Origin: Acidobacteriota bacterium
GTDB taxonomy: Bacteria > Acidobacteriota > CAIWXX01
Reading direction: 5' to 3'
Length of the DNA stretch: 64,000 nt
Assembly: GCA_040755995.1 (NCBI GenBank)
Contig: JBFMAF010000035.1
Span: 234,021-298,020, forward strand
Numbering within the stretch: position 1 is the stretch's first letter; every line of letters starts with the position of its first letter. Below are positions 1 through 9,519 of the stretch, one piece after another. Both the position numbers and the translations under genes were made by a program. A model generated the notes under the pieces. The model did no database searches. It was not told where the DNA came from and worked only from the letters and a program-made list of their open reading frames with translations.

Positions 1-114
1 TGAGTCTAAGCGGCAGATCGACGCCTGTCAACGAAGGACCATGCATGCATGTGGCCGGGCCCAGGCAGCAGCGAGGGTTGCGCATCGCGCGCGGGAGTGT
101 TATGACCATCAGCG

Positions 115-852
115 ATGGAGACGATGAACCACGCCATCCTCTACGAAGATGCCGCCGTCGTCGTTGCGGACAAGCCGGCTGGAGTAGGTGTGATACCGAG
201 CAGGCAGCCCGGATCGGACGAGACATGCTTTCGTGATGCAGTCAGTCTTCAGCTCGGAATCCGCCTGTTCGTCGTCCATCGTCTCGACGCGCTGACCAGC
301 GGAGCAGTGCTCTTCGCCAAGAACGCGGATGCACATCGATTCCTCTGCGGATGCTTCGAGGCGGGGCGGATCCGGAAGCGCTACATCGCGGTGGTGACCG
401 GCCGCCCGCCCGCCAGGACGCGCATCGATGTGCCGTGGCACGCGGCTCGTCGAGGCAAAGCGCGGCCGGCAGAGCGCGGAGAAGCCGGCGCGCGCCGCTG
501 CGTGACCGATATCATGACGCTGTGCCAATCGCCCGAGGGGGCGCTCGTCGCGGCCTTCCCGCTCACCGGACGCCTGCACCAGATCCGGATGCACCTGCGC
601 GCTATCGGCTGCCCGATCATCGGCGATCCGCTGTACGGAGTCGGCGCAGCGCGTTCGCACCCTCGACTTCTGCTCCATCATCAGGCGATTCGCGTTCCGG
701 CTCCGAGTGGCGACTCGGCCGTGCTAGTGACTTCTCCGCTGTCCCCTGAGATCGTGGCCGCGATCGACTCGTTCGGCCTGGACGCCGCCACCGCACAGAT
801 TACGGGTGATCCCTTCGCGTGCCCGGCTACCTCGCCACGAATAGCAGGGTAA
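115..852 (+). CDS. RluA-family RNA pseudouridine synthase (start may be ATG 124)
   Basis: DKPAG, HRLDALTSG (catalytic Asp), TGRLHQIRMH and PIIGDPLYG motifs. Confidence 0.92.
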   Translation: METMNHAILYEDAAVVVADKPAGVGVIPSRQPGSDETCFRDAVSLQLGIRLFVVHRLDALTSGAVLFAKNADAHRFLCGCFEAGRIRKRYIAVVTGRPPARTRIDVPWHAARRGKARPAERGEAGARRCVTDIMTLCQSPEGALVAAFPLTGRLHQIRMHLRAIGCPIIGDPLYGVGAARSHPRLLLHHQAIRVPAPSGDSAVLVTSPLSPEIVAAIDSFGLDAATAQITGDPFACPATSPRIAG

Positions 853-1717
853 CTCCCGCCACCGACACCAAGGTGCCAAGCACGGCCCGGAACGTGACTC
901 GCTCATGCAACGCGAAGTGGGAGACCGGCAGCAGGATGATCGGGGCAAGGGACATCAAGGTGGATGCGATGCCTATGTGGGTATGCGCCACGGCATAGAG
1001 TGAGAGGACCACGCCGAAGACGGGCCCCGCAAGTGTGCCGAGAGAGGTGGCCGCGAGCGCACGCGGGTCTCGCATCTTGCGGAAGTCCGACGCCGCCTGC
1101 CTGCGCATCGCGGCGACGGCCCCGATGATCAGGGTGGCAGCGGCCAGGCGGATGAGGTTCGCGGAGAAAGGCGAGAGGCCGCCAGCCATGCCGACCTTGG
1201 AGAGCAGCAGCCCGCCCGCCTGTCCGGCGGCTCCTCCGACTCCCATCAGGATGCCGGCCAGGCGGTAGCGTGTGCCGCTCCGCTGCTCCTCGTTGGTCTC
1301 CGCAACAACCACCGCGATCCCGGCCAACGTCACTCCGATTGCGATGATCTGCAAGACGCTCAGAGTCTCGCCCAGAAAGACCCAACCGAGCAATGCGCCC
1401 ATGATCGGCGCAAGCGTCATGATGAGCATCGACAGTCGGGCTCCGATGTGGACAAAGGACTCGAACAACAGGCTGTCGCCGATGGCGAAGCCCACCAACC
1501 CCGAGAGCGCCATCCAGAAGAGCTCGGTTCGCCGGGCGCCGAATGGGAACGGCGTGCCGAGAAGCAGCAGATGGATCACGGAGAGGAGGAGCAGGGCCAA
1601 CCACAGACGGACGTGATTAACCGTAGGCGAGCCGGCCCGCTCGCCTGCCTTGCCGAACGCAACCGAGCTACACGACCAGCAAACCGATGTCAGCAACGCC
1701 GCCGTCTCACCGATCAT
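827..1717 (-). CDS. EamA/DMT-family transporter
   Basis: About 10 hydrophobic segments in two similar halves; LGWVFLGETLS and LHERVT motifs. Confidence 0.88.
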   Translation of the reverse strand: MIGETAALLTSVCWSCSSVAFGKAGERAGSPTVNHVRLWLALLLLSVIHLLLLGTPFPFGARRTELFWMALSGLVGFAIGDSLLFESFVHIGARLSMLIMTLAPIMGALLGWVFLGETLSVLQIIAIGVTLAGIAVVVAETNEEQRSGTRYRLAGILMGVGGAAGQAGGLLLSKVGMAGGLSPFSANLIRLAAATLIIGAVAAMRRQAASDFRKMRDPRALAATSLGTLAGPVFGVVLSLYAVAHTHIGIASTLMSLAPIILLPVSHFALHERVTFRAVLGTLVSVAGVTLLFVAR

Positions 1718-1885
1718 GTCTCACCTGCTAGGCGCCGCATGATATCACCGGCCGGGCGTTCCCCGAAGCCCCGGCCGGATGCACATGCAGCGCGATCCGA
1801 TTGGCGGCGAATTCCCGCGCCGAGGTTTCGACGTGGGTATTGAGCAGTGAGCAGGACTGGCCGTGGCCGACCGGCTAGCCCCAGC

Positions 1886-3550
1886 TCACCGGAACTTGTT
1901 CGAAATCTTGTTGTTCGTCTCGTCGTCCTCTGCGACCGTCTTGCCGCTGTCGACATCGGCGATCACGTACTTGTCTTTGGCTCCCGGCGTCGCGCGCAAT
2001 TTGAACGAGTATGTCGCGAAGGCTGCCAGTCCGGGGACGTTCACGGTCTTGACGAGCGTCGCTTTGCGCCCGGTGGCGTTCTTCTTCGAGAAGTAGACCT
2101 TGATGGTGAAGGGGCCGGCGGCGGCAGCTCCGTTGTTCACGCACTTGAAGGTTCCCTTCAGCTTCGATCTCTTGAATCCGACGCTGCTCCAGGAACCGGT
2201 CAGATCGGGTGCGGCCGGCGAGCTGCAGAACGACGTGACCGCGGCCGGTGTCGCGTAGGGAACGGCCGCGGAATCGACTCCCACAGCGGCGGTATTGACC
2301 GTCGTTGCGGTGGTCGCAGTCGCAGCTATCGAGGGCTGAGTCGGGGTGATCGCGGTGTTCTGAATGTTGCAGGAAGGATCGATGTCCCCGTTGGAGTCTG
2401 TTCGGCTTATCAGAACGGCCTGTTTGGACGCGAGAGTAGTTCCTCCGGCAAATGCGAAGCCTCCATCAGGCAGCAATCTCACTCGGGTGTAGCTGTCGTT
2501 CGCAGAGGGGCTGCCTGCCTGTTCTTGCCAAGTGACCGCGCCGCCGGCGCCAAGCTTCACGGCCCACGCATTGTAGCCCATCGCCCCCACGTTCAGCTCT
2601 CCGGCGGCGATGTAGCCGCCGTCGCTCGCCTGCCGGACATCGCTCAGAAACGGATACTCCGGTGCCGATTGCGCAACGAACGTGTGCCATGCAACGGCTC
2701 CGGTGGGCGTCAGCTTCAGGATACTGCTATCGAGCATCGCTCCGCCCAGCGCGGCGCTCAGGATGTAGCCGCCGTCGGAGGTTTGCTGGATGCTGTTCAC
2801 CCACCCCATGATGCCGTTTCCATAGCCCATCTGCCACTTGATGTTGCCGGACAAGTCGATCTTGAGGCACCAGATCTGGGTATTCGGGCTGGCAAAGGAG
2901 CTGCTGGTACCTCCCACGATGAAGCAGTTGTCCGACGTCAGCTCCATCCAATCGCCTCCGTCGCGACCGGCGCCACCGAACGCTTTCTGCCAGGTGAGGT
3001 TTCCGGATGCGTCGAGTCTCAGGCACCACAAGTCCTGATCGCCTGTGCCGAAGGATCCTGTGGAGCCCACGACGATGTAGCCGCCTCCGGGAAGTACCGC
3101 GCAAGAGCTCCCGAAGTCAGGAGCCGTTCCGCCATACGTCTTCTGCCAGATGATGTTGCCGTACGCGCCGAGCAGGAGGCACCAGAGGTTGGCGTCACCT
3201 GCGCCATACGACATCGTGTAGCCCGTCACAAAGTAGCTGCCGTCGTCGAGTGGACACACATCACGGAAGGTGTCGAACTTCCCCGTTGTCCCGTATCCCC
3301 ATTGCCAGGAGACATTCCCCAGGGCATCGAGCTTCGCGCACCACGCATCGATCTCACCCAACAGGCTTCGGTACCCAACTGCAATGTAGCCGCCGTCACT
3401 GGTAGGCTCGATCGAAGTGACGTAGTAGTTCATGGTGGATTCCCCGATCCCTTCCGCCCACCGCGCGGCAGCATCTGACGTGCCCGCAGCTAGCAGCACG
3501 ACCAAGCCGGTCAATGCGAAGACGCTCAGGCGGGATTTCATCTTGGTCAT
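1886..3550 (-). CDS. Secreted beta-propeller repeat protein with a C-terminal CARDB-like domain
   Basis: GGAGGAG RBS before ATG 3550; signal peptide; about 7 repeats of TxDGGYIxxG...DxWxLKLDxxGNIxWQ; Thr/Ala linker; C-terminal PDL...VDSGKTVAEDDETNN. Confidence 0.8.
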   Translation of the reverse strand: MTKMKSRLSVFALTGLVVLLAAGTSDAAARWAEGIGESTMNYYVTSIEPTSDGGYIAVGYRSLLGEIDAWCAKLDALGNVSWQWGYGTTGKFDTFRDVCPLDDGSYFVTGYTMSYGAGDANLWCLLLGAYGNIIWQKTYGGTAPDFGSSCAVLPGGGYIVVGSTGSFGTGDQDLWCLRLDASGNLTWQKAFGGAGRDGGDWMELTSDNCFIVGGTSSSFASPNTQIWCLKIDLSGNIKWQMGYGNGIMGWVNSIQQTSDGGYILSAALGGAMLDSSILKLTPTGAVAWHTFVAQSAPEYPFLSDVRQASDGGYIAAGELNVGAMGYNAWAVKLGAGGAVTWQEQAGSPSANDSYTRVRLLPDGGFAFAGGTTLASKQAVLISRTDSNGDIDPSCNIQNTAITPTQPSIAATATTATTVNTAAVGVDSAAVPYATPAAVTSFCSSPAAPDLTGSWSSVGFKRSKLKGTFKCVNNGAAAAGPFTIKVYFSKKNATGRKATLVKTVNVPGLAAFATYSFKLRATPGAKDKYVIADVDSGKTVAEDDETNNKISNKFR

Positions 3551-3638
3551 CACGACTCCTCCTTCGGTTCGGTCCTGGTCAACGTCCACGTGCATCGCGC
3601 CGCGCGCGATCTAGTGCCTGCCACACATGCTGGGAATT

Positions 3639-3654
3639 TGCACAATCTGTGCCA
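3639..3654 (-). promoter_or_regulatory. Candidate sigma-54 (-24/-12) promoter for the beta-propeller gene
   Basis: Minus strand reads TGGCACAGATTGTGCA (GG-N10-GC), about 90 bp upstream of the start. Confidence 0.55.
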
Positions 3655-3847
3655 CATCATACCACGGTCGCCGCGCATGGTTTCCAATGACTTCGTCAGA
3701 CGTTGGGATGGGGGGGCCGTGTAGCTCCGTACACACCATAGAACCATCGGTCACGGCTGCAATCCGTGAAAAAGCGCATCCGCGCAGACGATTCGGCGTG
3801 TGTACTCCTGTCCGCACGGCCTGGGTACGGTCGTTCCCAGCACAGGT

Positions 3848-5263
3848 CTACTCCTTTTCAGTCTGAGGTTCCCGCACCGTGGGCTGGACGCGCCGCTCCG
3901 GCTCCACGCTCAGTGCGCCTTCTGCGACTGAAGACGCGATGCTCAGGGCTCCACCGGCGGCCGCACTATCAGCTAGCGACAGCATCCCCTGACCCACCTT
4001 ACCAGTCCTCTCCCGGATCGCAGCGATGGCCTGTCGAGCCCTCGGTCTCAGCTCAGGCTGCTCGCCATACTCAATGTCGATCAGCGCCAGGATGTCGTCG
4101 ACCGTGCCGCACTCGCCGAGGGCCGCTATGGCTGCGCATCTGACTTCGGTCTCGGTGTTTTCGAGCGCCTTGAGCAGGGAGCGCCGCGCAGCTGGGGTGC
4201 CGGTGCGTCCGAGGGCACACGCCGCGGCCAGTCTGACATCTGCATCTCGCGCGCCGAGCAGCAGGTCACTCAGTGCATCCACGCTCCCCGTATCTCGCAT
4301 CTTACCCAGGGCCTCGACCCCTGCTAAGACCACCTCATTCTCGGGCCGCACGAGAGCTGCACGAATAGCACTCGGTGCGGCTGCCCCGGAGGTCGCGCCG
4401 AGTGCACGCACGGCGCGCAAGCCGAGCGGGGTGGGCGCGGAGAGGGCGGCCTCGGCGAGCATCTGGATGCCCCATTCTCCCAGCGCCTCCCCTGCGCGAA
4501 TCGTCATGTCCCACGATTGGAGGGACGGGACCTGCCCTAGAGCATCCCGGACTGCCTGCGTCTGCGGCAGGGTCAATAGCATGTCGAGGTTCTTCGAGCG
4601 CACCGACTCCTTTGACTCCGCGAACAGATTCTCGATCAGGCGTCTCTCAGTGGTTCCTTCGCGAGTCAATCGATCGGTCAATCCAGCGGCTCTGGATATG
4701 GACGCGGTGAGCTCGTCCAGCTCGCTCAGAGTCAGCAGATTCGCGTCGGAGTGCATGCCTGACTGATCTATGGTCCATCCTTGGGCCCCAACCAGCTCGA
4801 TCATCAGCGAGCGAGTCTCCGCGTCGAGAAGGCCGACTATGCCGGGCACGTCCTCCCCGGCGACGACAACGAGCGCGTCGAAGGCGTCGTCACCCACGTT
4901 GATGTCCGCGTGCGAGACTGTCTTCCACAGTGTTGCTGCGAATCCCTCGGGGGCAACCCGCATGGGGACGGGGAATCCCCCTGGCGGACTGGTGTGTACC
5001 GCAACCGTTCCTTGCCGGCCGGGTCCTATTTCAACTCGCAGCTCCTGGCCCAACAACTTGCCGGAAGCCACCAGGGACCCGGCGTCGGGGAACCCAGCGC
5101 TGCGAGGCTGCGTGTGCAGCCCCATCTGCTTCACCCACTGCATCACTCGTTGGTCGACATCGTCGCCCTCCGATCTGACCTGCCTAATCACCCACACGCA
5201 GAAGGCTGCGCCAACCAGGCCGATCGGGACGAGGATCAGAAGCGGCAAGGATTCCGGGTCCAT
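3848..5263 (-). CDS. Membrane-anchored HEAT-repeat protein
   Basis: GAGGAG RBS; N-terminal TM helix; repeats VRLAAACALG, VRCAAIAALG, VVLAGVEALG. Confidence 0.75.
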   Translation of the reverse strand: MDPESLPLLILVPIGLVGAAFCVWVIRQVRSEGDDVDQRVMQWVKQMGLHTQPRSAGFPDAGSLVASGKLLGQELRVEIGPGRQGTVAVHTSPPGGFPVPMRVAPEGFAATLWKTVSHADINVGDDAFDALVVVAGEDVPGIVGLLDAETRSLMIELVGAQGWTIDQSGMHSDANLLTLSELDELTASISRAAGLTDRLTREGTTERRLIENLFAESKESVRSKNLDMLLTLPQTQAVRDALGQVPSLQSWDMTIRAGEALGEWGIQMLAEAALSAPTPLGLRAVRALGATSGAAAPSAIRAALVRPENEVVLAGVEALGKMRDTGSVDALSDLLLGARDADVRLAAACALGRTGTPAARRSLLKALENTETEVRCAAIAALGECGTVDDILALIDIEYGEQPELRPRARQAIAAIRERTGKVGQGMLSLADSAAAGGALSIASSVAEGALSVEPERRVQPTVREPQTEKE

Positions 5264-5304
5264 CCAGGTGCAACTCCTCGTGCGTACGAGTATGACGATC
5301 GGTG

Positions 5305-6408
5305 TCAGTTGCGAACGCGGGGTGGTCTCGCGGCCGGCGGCCGGCTCTCCAGAGAATCGCTCCATTCCGGCGCACTCGCCGTGGATGCGTCGTCGCGGTT
5401 GACCTCTTCGAGCGAGCTCGCCACTGCATCCATTTCATGGTCGAGCTTTTCGAGGCCGCGGCGGAGGCCTGCGCCCGCAACATCGGCGGATGCGGAGTCG
5501 GCCGAGCGGGCGCGCAGGACCTGGGTGTGAAGGCTCTCGAGCGCGTACAGTATGCGCGTGCCTTCGGCCTCCAGGCGCGCCGCCGCCGTGAGCAGGTCGG
5601 CTCGCTGGGAGATCTGCGCGTCCAGGGCTCGGAGCGCATCCGAGAGGCGCCTGCGCACCACCTCGTCCTGCTCCGCTGCGATCCGCCGATCGAGCTCGTC
5701 GTGTTCCCGGCGCAAGCGGTTGTCGTCCTCGGCCTTGACCGCGGAACGCAACTCGAGCTCACGCTTCGCAAGATCTCTACATGCCTGTCGCAGCGACTCG
5801 ACCGTCTTCTCCGGGGTGCCGATGACGTCGCTGACCGTTCGCGGCGCGGTCTTGAGATCGGCCAGGATTCTTCCGCACACTGCTTCCGCGCGAGCCAGAC
5901 GCGCACCGATCGCCTCCGCAACGGCTTTATCAGCGGGCGAAACCGAAGGGACCTGCGGTCGAGCCGTCTCGGCTTCCGGCGCCGGAAGCGCCGCCTGCCG
6001 GCGACGATGGAGGCCGCGGGCGATGAGCGAGGTCGAGGCCATGGCGAATCCGAAGGCCGGGAACAACAGCCACCAGAGTCCCGGTTGAGTCAATGCGACG
6101 AACACCATCGCGGCCGCGGCGCCGCCGAATACGATCCCCTGCGGCAGGCTCGCCGCCCGGTGCTCCTCGCGCCGACGCCTTCGTTCCGCCTCGCGACGTG
6201 CGTGCCGATCGAGCCGGCTCTCCATCCGCTCGGCGGCCCTGTCTATGATGTGAGCGCTCGCCGCGGCTGCGATTGTTTCGACCAGCCGCGCGTGCGAATG
6301 GTGGCCCTTGGCAAGGGCTTCGTTGATGCGCTGCGCCGACGCCTCGAATCGCCTCGCCCAGTCCTCCACCTGTCTGGCCCACGGCGGACTTTGTCTATCC
6401 TCAGCCAT
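5305..6408 (-). CDS. Hypothetical membrane protein (two TM helices plus coiled coil)
   Basis: 367-aa ORF co-oriented with the HEAT gene; hydrophobic hairpin followed by Arg/Glu/Leu-rich helices. Confidence 0.65.
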   Translation of the reverse strand: MAEDRQSPPWARQVEDWARRFEASAQRINEALAKGHHSHARLVETIAAAASAHIIDRAAERMESRLDRHARREAERRRRREEHRAASLPQGIVFGGAAAAMVFVALTQPGLWWLLFPAFGFAMASTSLIARGLHRRRQAALPAPEAETARPQVPSVSPADKAVAEAIGARLARAEAVCGRILADLKTAPRTVSDVIGTPEKTVESLRQACRDLAKRELELRSAVKAEDDNRLRREHDELDRRIAAEQDEVVRRRLSDALRALDAQISQRADLLTAAARLEAEGTRILYALESLHTQVLRARSADSASADVAGAGLRRGLEKLDHEMDAVASSLEEVNRDDASTASAPEWSDSLESRPPAARPPRVRN

Positions 6409-6544
6409 GGACGCCTGCTCGAGAGAATAGCCGATCTCTCACGGGGCAATGATGAGCGGCCGTGGCGCGGATGTCAAGCATCGAGCGACAAATCCGGCGG
6501 TTGCCAATCTGCGTTCTTGTGGTGAGAGAGAGAGGTGATGCTGC

Positions 6545-7408
6545 GTGCGATCGATAGAGATGGTTGCCCTGCTGCTCATTTGCGTCTTCGGCCACGCGGG
6601 ATGTCCCGGGGAGATTGGGTTCAACACGCAAGCTCCACCTGCGCCGGCCGCAAATGCCCCGTACACGGGCACGCTGGAGTCACGCATTCCACCGCCACCT
6701 GGATTCCGGAGGGTACCGGTGGAGCCCGAGAGTTTCGCGGCCGCTCTGCGCCGGCTGCCCCTCAAGCCCCTGGGTTCTCCCGTTCTGCTCTATGACGGCC
6801 GGCCGACGTCTCGACAGGATGTCCACGCCGCAGTCGTCGACATGCCGATCGGCAATCGCGACATCCACCAGTGCGCCGATGCGGTGATACACCTCAGAGC
6901 CGAGTATCTCCGGTCTGCTGGCAGGCAGGACGAGATCTCCTTCAGATTCGTGTCAGGCTTCCGAGCGTCGTGGCCTCGCTGGAAAGAGGGTTGGCGGCCG
7001 ATCGTTCACGGCAATCGCGTCAACGAACGCGAGACCGAGGCGCCGGACGCATCGGAACGGGCTTTTCGGGCCTACATGGAGACTGTGTTCCAATATGCCA
7101 ACACATACTCGCTTGCGAACGAGATGCAGGCAGTCCAGAGCGTCCGCGACATGAGGATCGGCGACGTCTTCGTCCGCGGAGGTTTCCCCGGTCACGCGGC
7201 GATCGTAGCCGACATGGCAGAGAGCTCGGACGATTCGCGCGTCTTCCTGCTGCTCCAGAGCTACATGCCGGCTCAGGAGATCCACGTGCTCAAGAACCCG
7301 GCGGACGGCGGTGCCTGGTATCCTGTCGATTTCGACCGGGTCCTCAACACGCCTGAGTGGACGTTCGTCGCAGCAGACCTTCATCGATTCGCGCAAGAGC
7401 GGTCGTGA
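6545..7408 (+). CDS. DUF4846-like exported protein
   Basis: IGNRDIHQCADAVIHLRAEY, GGFPGHA and QSYMPAQEIH motifs; N-terminal hydrophobic signal. Confidence 0.78.
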   Translation: MRSIEMVALLLICVFGHAGCPGEIGFNTQAPPAPAANAPYTGTLESRIPPPPGFRRVPVEPESFAAALRRLPLKPLGSPVLLYDGRPTSRQDVHAAVVDMPIGNRDIHQCADAVIHLRAEYLRSAGRQDEISFRFVSGFRASWPRWKEGWRPIVHGNRVNERETEAPDASERAFRAYMETVFQYANTYSLANEMQAVQSVRDMRIGDVFVRGGFPGHAAIVADMAESSDDSRVFLLLQSYMPAQEIHVLKNPADGGAWYPVDFDRVLNTPEWTFVAADLHRFAQERS

Positions 7409-7450
7409 GGAGGCGGTGTTTCGGACGGAGCCTGACGACGAAGGTGATTC

Positions 7451-8959
7451 TCAGAACCGGATCACAGCTTCGACGCGCACGCCTCCGAACGCCGGAACGT
7501 ACTTGCAAACCCCGCCCGAGCACTTGGTGCCGCCGCGGGTCTCTCCCGCGAAGATGCTCAGCAGATGCCGCTTCATCAGCTTGATCTCAGCCTGAGCATA
7601 GTAGAAGTTCTCCTTCCCATTCTCGAAGAGCTCGCTTGGAAGGTTGGAGCTTTCCCAGACACCCGCCAGCGAGAACAACTGGGATTTGGCGATGGAGACC
7701 GCGAGCTTGTTCCGCTGGTACTGGACGTAGTCGCCGTCGAGCTGCGCCCGCCGGTATTCGACCGTGCTGCTGAAGGCCCACGGGAGCGGCACCTCCAGGA
7801 AGGCACGACCGTAGGTCGTCGGCCCTGAGAATTGGAAGTAGTAGCCGCCCCCGTCCTCTTGTCGCCTTCCGAGAGAGGCTTCGATGTGAAACCCGCTCTC
7901 GAACGACCGCTCGTAGCCGAGCGCGTAGGCGTCGATCTGTCGTGCATATGCCGGATACGGCGGGCGGCGCGACGCGCGTTGCGCATAATGCGCGTAATAG
8001 CCGGAGAAAATGTCAGGACCTCGCGTGTAGTCAGCCCGGATTCTGGCCGCCTGCAGGTTCTCGCGATCGACGGCGAAGAAGTCGGCCAGAAGCTCTTCGC
8101 TCTGCACCTCCAGGATGGGTGGCGTACTGTACTGGAAGAAGTAGTCTTTCAGCGACTCGTACTCCGTCGTGATCGACAGATCGCCCGTGTGCACCGCGGC
8201 CTCTACATATGCTGCCTGTCCGTTGGTTGCGCCATTCGGGTAAGGGCGCGAGAAGGATGACCCGGCCAACTCGATGTAGATTTCCACCGCGCCATCAGGA
8301 TCCTGCAGCGTCACATTCAGGCCAGCCGTGTCGACGTCGCGATCCTCGTCCTTCATCCTGGCCTTCACGGCGCTCGCGCCTGTGCCCAGCCACCGGGCGA
8401 GCCTCAGCGACACTGTTCCACCGTAGATGTCATCGCCTGCCGCGGTGCTCCCGCGCACGCGCCCGCCGACAGCCTCCGCCTGGATTCTCTCGCCGAGGTA
8501 CCTCAGGCGCCCCCCTCGGATCGTGTCGTCAACCTGGTTCTCCATGCCGTAGCTCTCGTGGGTCTTTACTACACTGAGGGCGGTGCCGCGGCCAAACGCG
8601 GCAAAGAAGTCACCCGCCGTTGCCGTGAGCGCGCTGCCCCTGTACTCCAGGTACCACTTGTGCACCTCGGCATCCGAGTCACTCCGGTCAAATGCGTTGA
8701 TGTCCAGCTGAATCCCGCCGATCACGGGGCCGCGCGACAGATCAAGAATAGTCCTCGAATAGAATTCCCACCGGTCGTGATCCGGTGCGTGCGTGCGTTC
8801 GAGAAACGAGTCGCTGAACGAGCGGTACAACAGCGTCGTGCTCCCCTGGATCGAGAAAGGTATCCCGGCCAATTCCGTTGCGAATGAGATGTTCTGGGTA
8901 AGAAGGGTGCCGGCGACGAATGCGCAGGATGCGCCGAACAGGGCGGCCGGTTGCTTCAT
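7451..8959 (-). CDS. DUF6029-like outer-membrane beta-barrel protein
   Basis: Signal peptide; alternating beta strands; C-terminal RGGTKCSGGVCKYVPAF motif; terminal Phe. Confidence 0.7.
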   Translation of the reverse strand: MKQPAALFGASCAFVAGTLLTQNISFATELAGIPFSIQGSTTLLYRSFSDSFLERTHAPDHDRWEFYSRTILDLSRGPVIGGIQLDINAFDRSDSDAEVHKWYLEYRGSALTATAGDFFAAFGRGTALSVVKTHESYGMENQVDDTIRGGRLRYLGERIQAEAVGGRVRGSTAAGDDIYGGTVSLRLARWLGTGASAVKARMKDEDRDVDTAGLNVTLQDPDGAVEIYIELAGSSFSRPYPNGATNGQAAYVEAAVHTGDLSITTEYESLKDYFFQYSTPPILEVQSEELLADFFAVDRENLQAARIRADYTRGPDIFSGYYAHYAQRASRRPPYPAYARQIDAYALGYERSFESGFHIEASLGRRQEDGGGYYFQFSGPTTYGRAFLEVPLPWAFSSTVEYRRAQLDGDYVQYQRNKLAVSIAKSQLFSLAGVWESSNLPSELFENGKENFYYAQAEIKLMKRHLLSIFAGETRGGTKCSGGVCKYVPAFGGVRVEAVIRF

Positions 8960-8986
8960 GGCAGCCAGGTGAGGCAGGCCCGCGGG

Positions 8987-9487
8987 CTACGGCCCGAGCA
9001 GCTCCATGACGTCCTTCTCGACCTGCTTTTCGTCCCCGGCCGAGTACCCCTGGTACATTCGTCGTATCCTGCCTTCACGGTCGACGAGCATTGTGAGGGG
9101 AAGGGACTTCTCCGGCGCATACAGTCTCGCGACCTCGGCCTTGCTGTCGAGCAGGATCGGGAACGTCAGCTTGTAGCGCCGCACGTGAGCTCGGATCTTG
9201 GCGACGTCCCCGGGCTCATCGATGCTGATCCCGGCTACGAGCAGCCCACGCTCGCCCAGCCGCTCGTAGAGCCGCTGCAGATGAGGGTGCTCGCGCGCGC
9301 ACGGCTCGCACCACGTCGCGAAGAACGTGATCAGGAGAACGCCCTTGCCGAGATGCTCGTTCAGCACGAACTTCCGGCCGTCGAGGGTTGGGAGCGTGAA
9401 GTTGGGCATCCGGTCGGCCGCCTGTGCCACAGCCGCGAAGAGGCCGAGCAGTGTCAGCAGAAGAGTCACTCTGCCCGGCACGGTCAT
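8987..9487 (-). CDS. TlpA/ResA-family thiol-disulfide oxidoreductase
   Basis: Signal peptide; PNFTLPTLDG; FFATWCEPC; cis-Pro motif LPLTMLVD. Confidence 0.9.
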   Translation of the reverse strand: MTVPGRVTLLLTLLGLFAAVAQAADRMPNFTLPTLDGRKFVLNEHLGKGVLLITFFATWCEPCAREHPHLQRLYERLGERGLLVAGISIDEPGDVAKIRAHVRRYKLTFPILLDSKAEVARLYAPEKSLPLTMLVDREGRIRRMYQGYSAGDEKQVEKDVMELLGP

Positions 9488-9519
9488 TTGCCACCCGCAC
9501 GGGGTGCGCAGTCCGGCGT

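Noticed and set aside
1847..3478. 543-aa plus-strand ORF
   Set aside because: Antisense shadow of the propeller gene; Arg/Gly-rich with no motifs, as expected in high-GC DNA.
3678..3702. Hammerhead-like CTGACGA...GAAAC on the minus strand
   Set aside because: No stem II can form between the core motifs, and there are no flanking stems.
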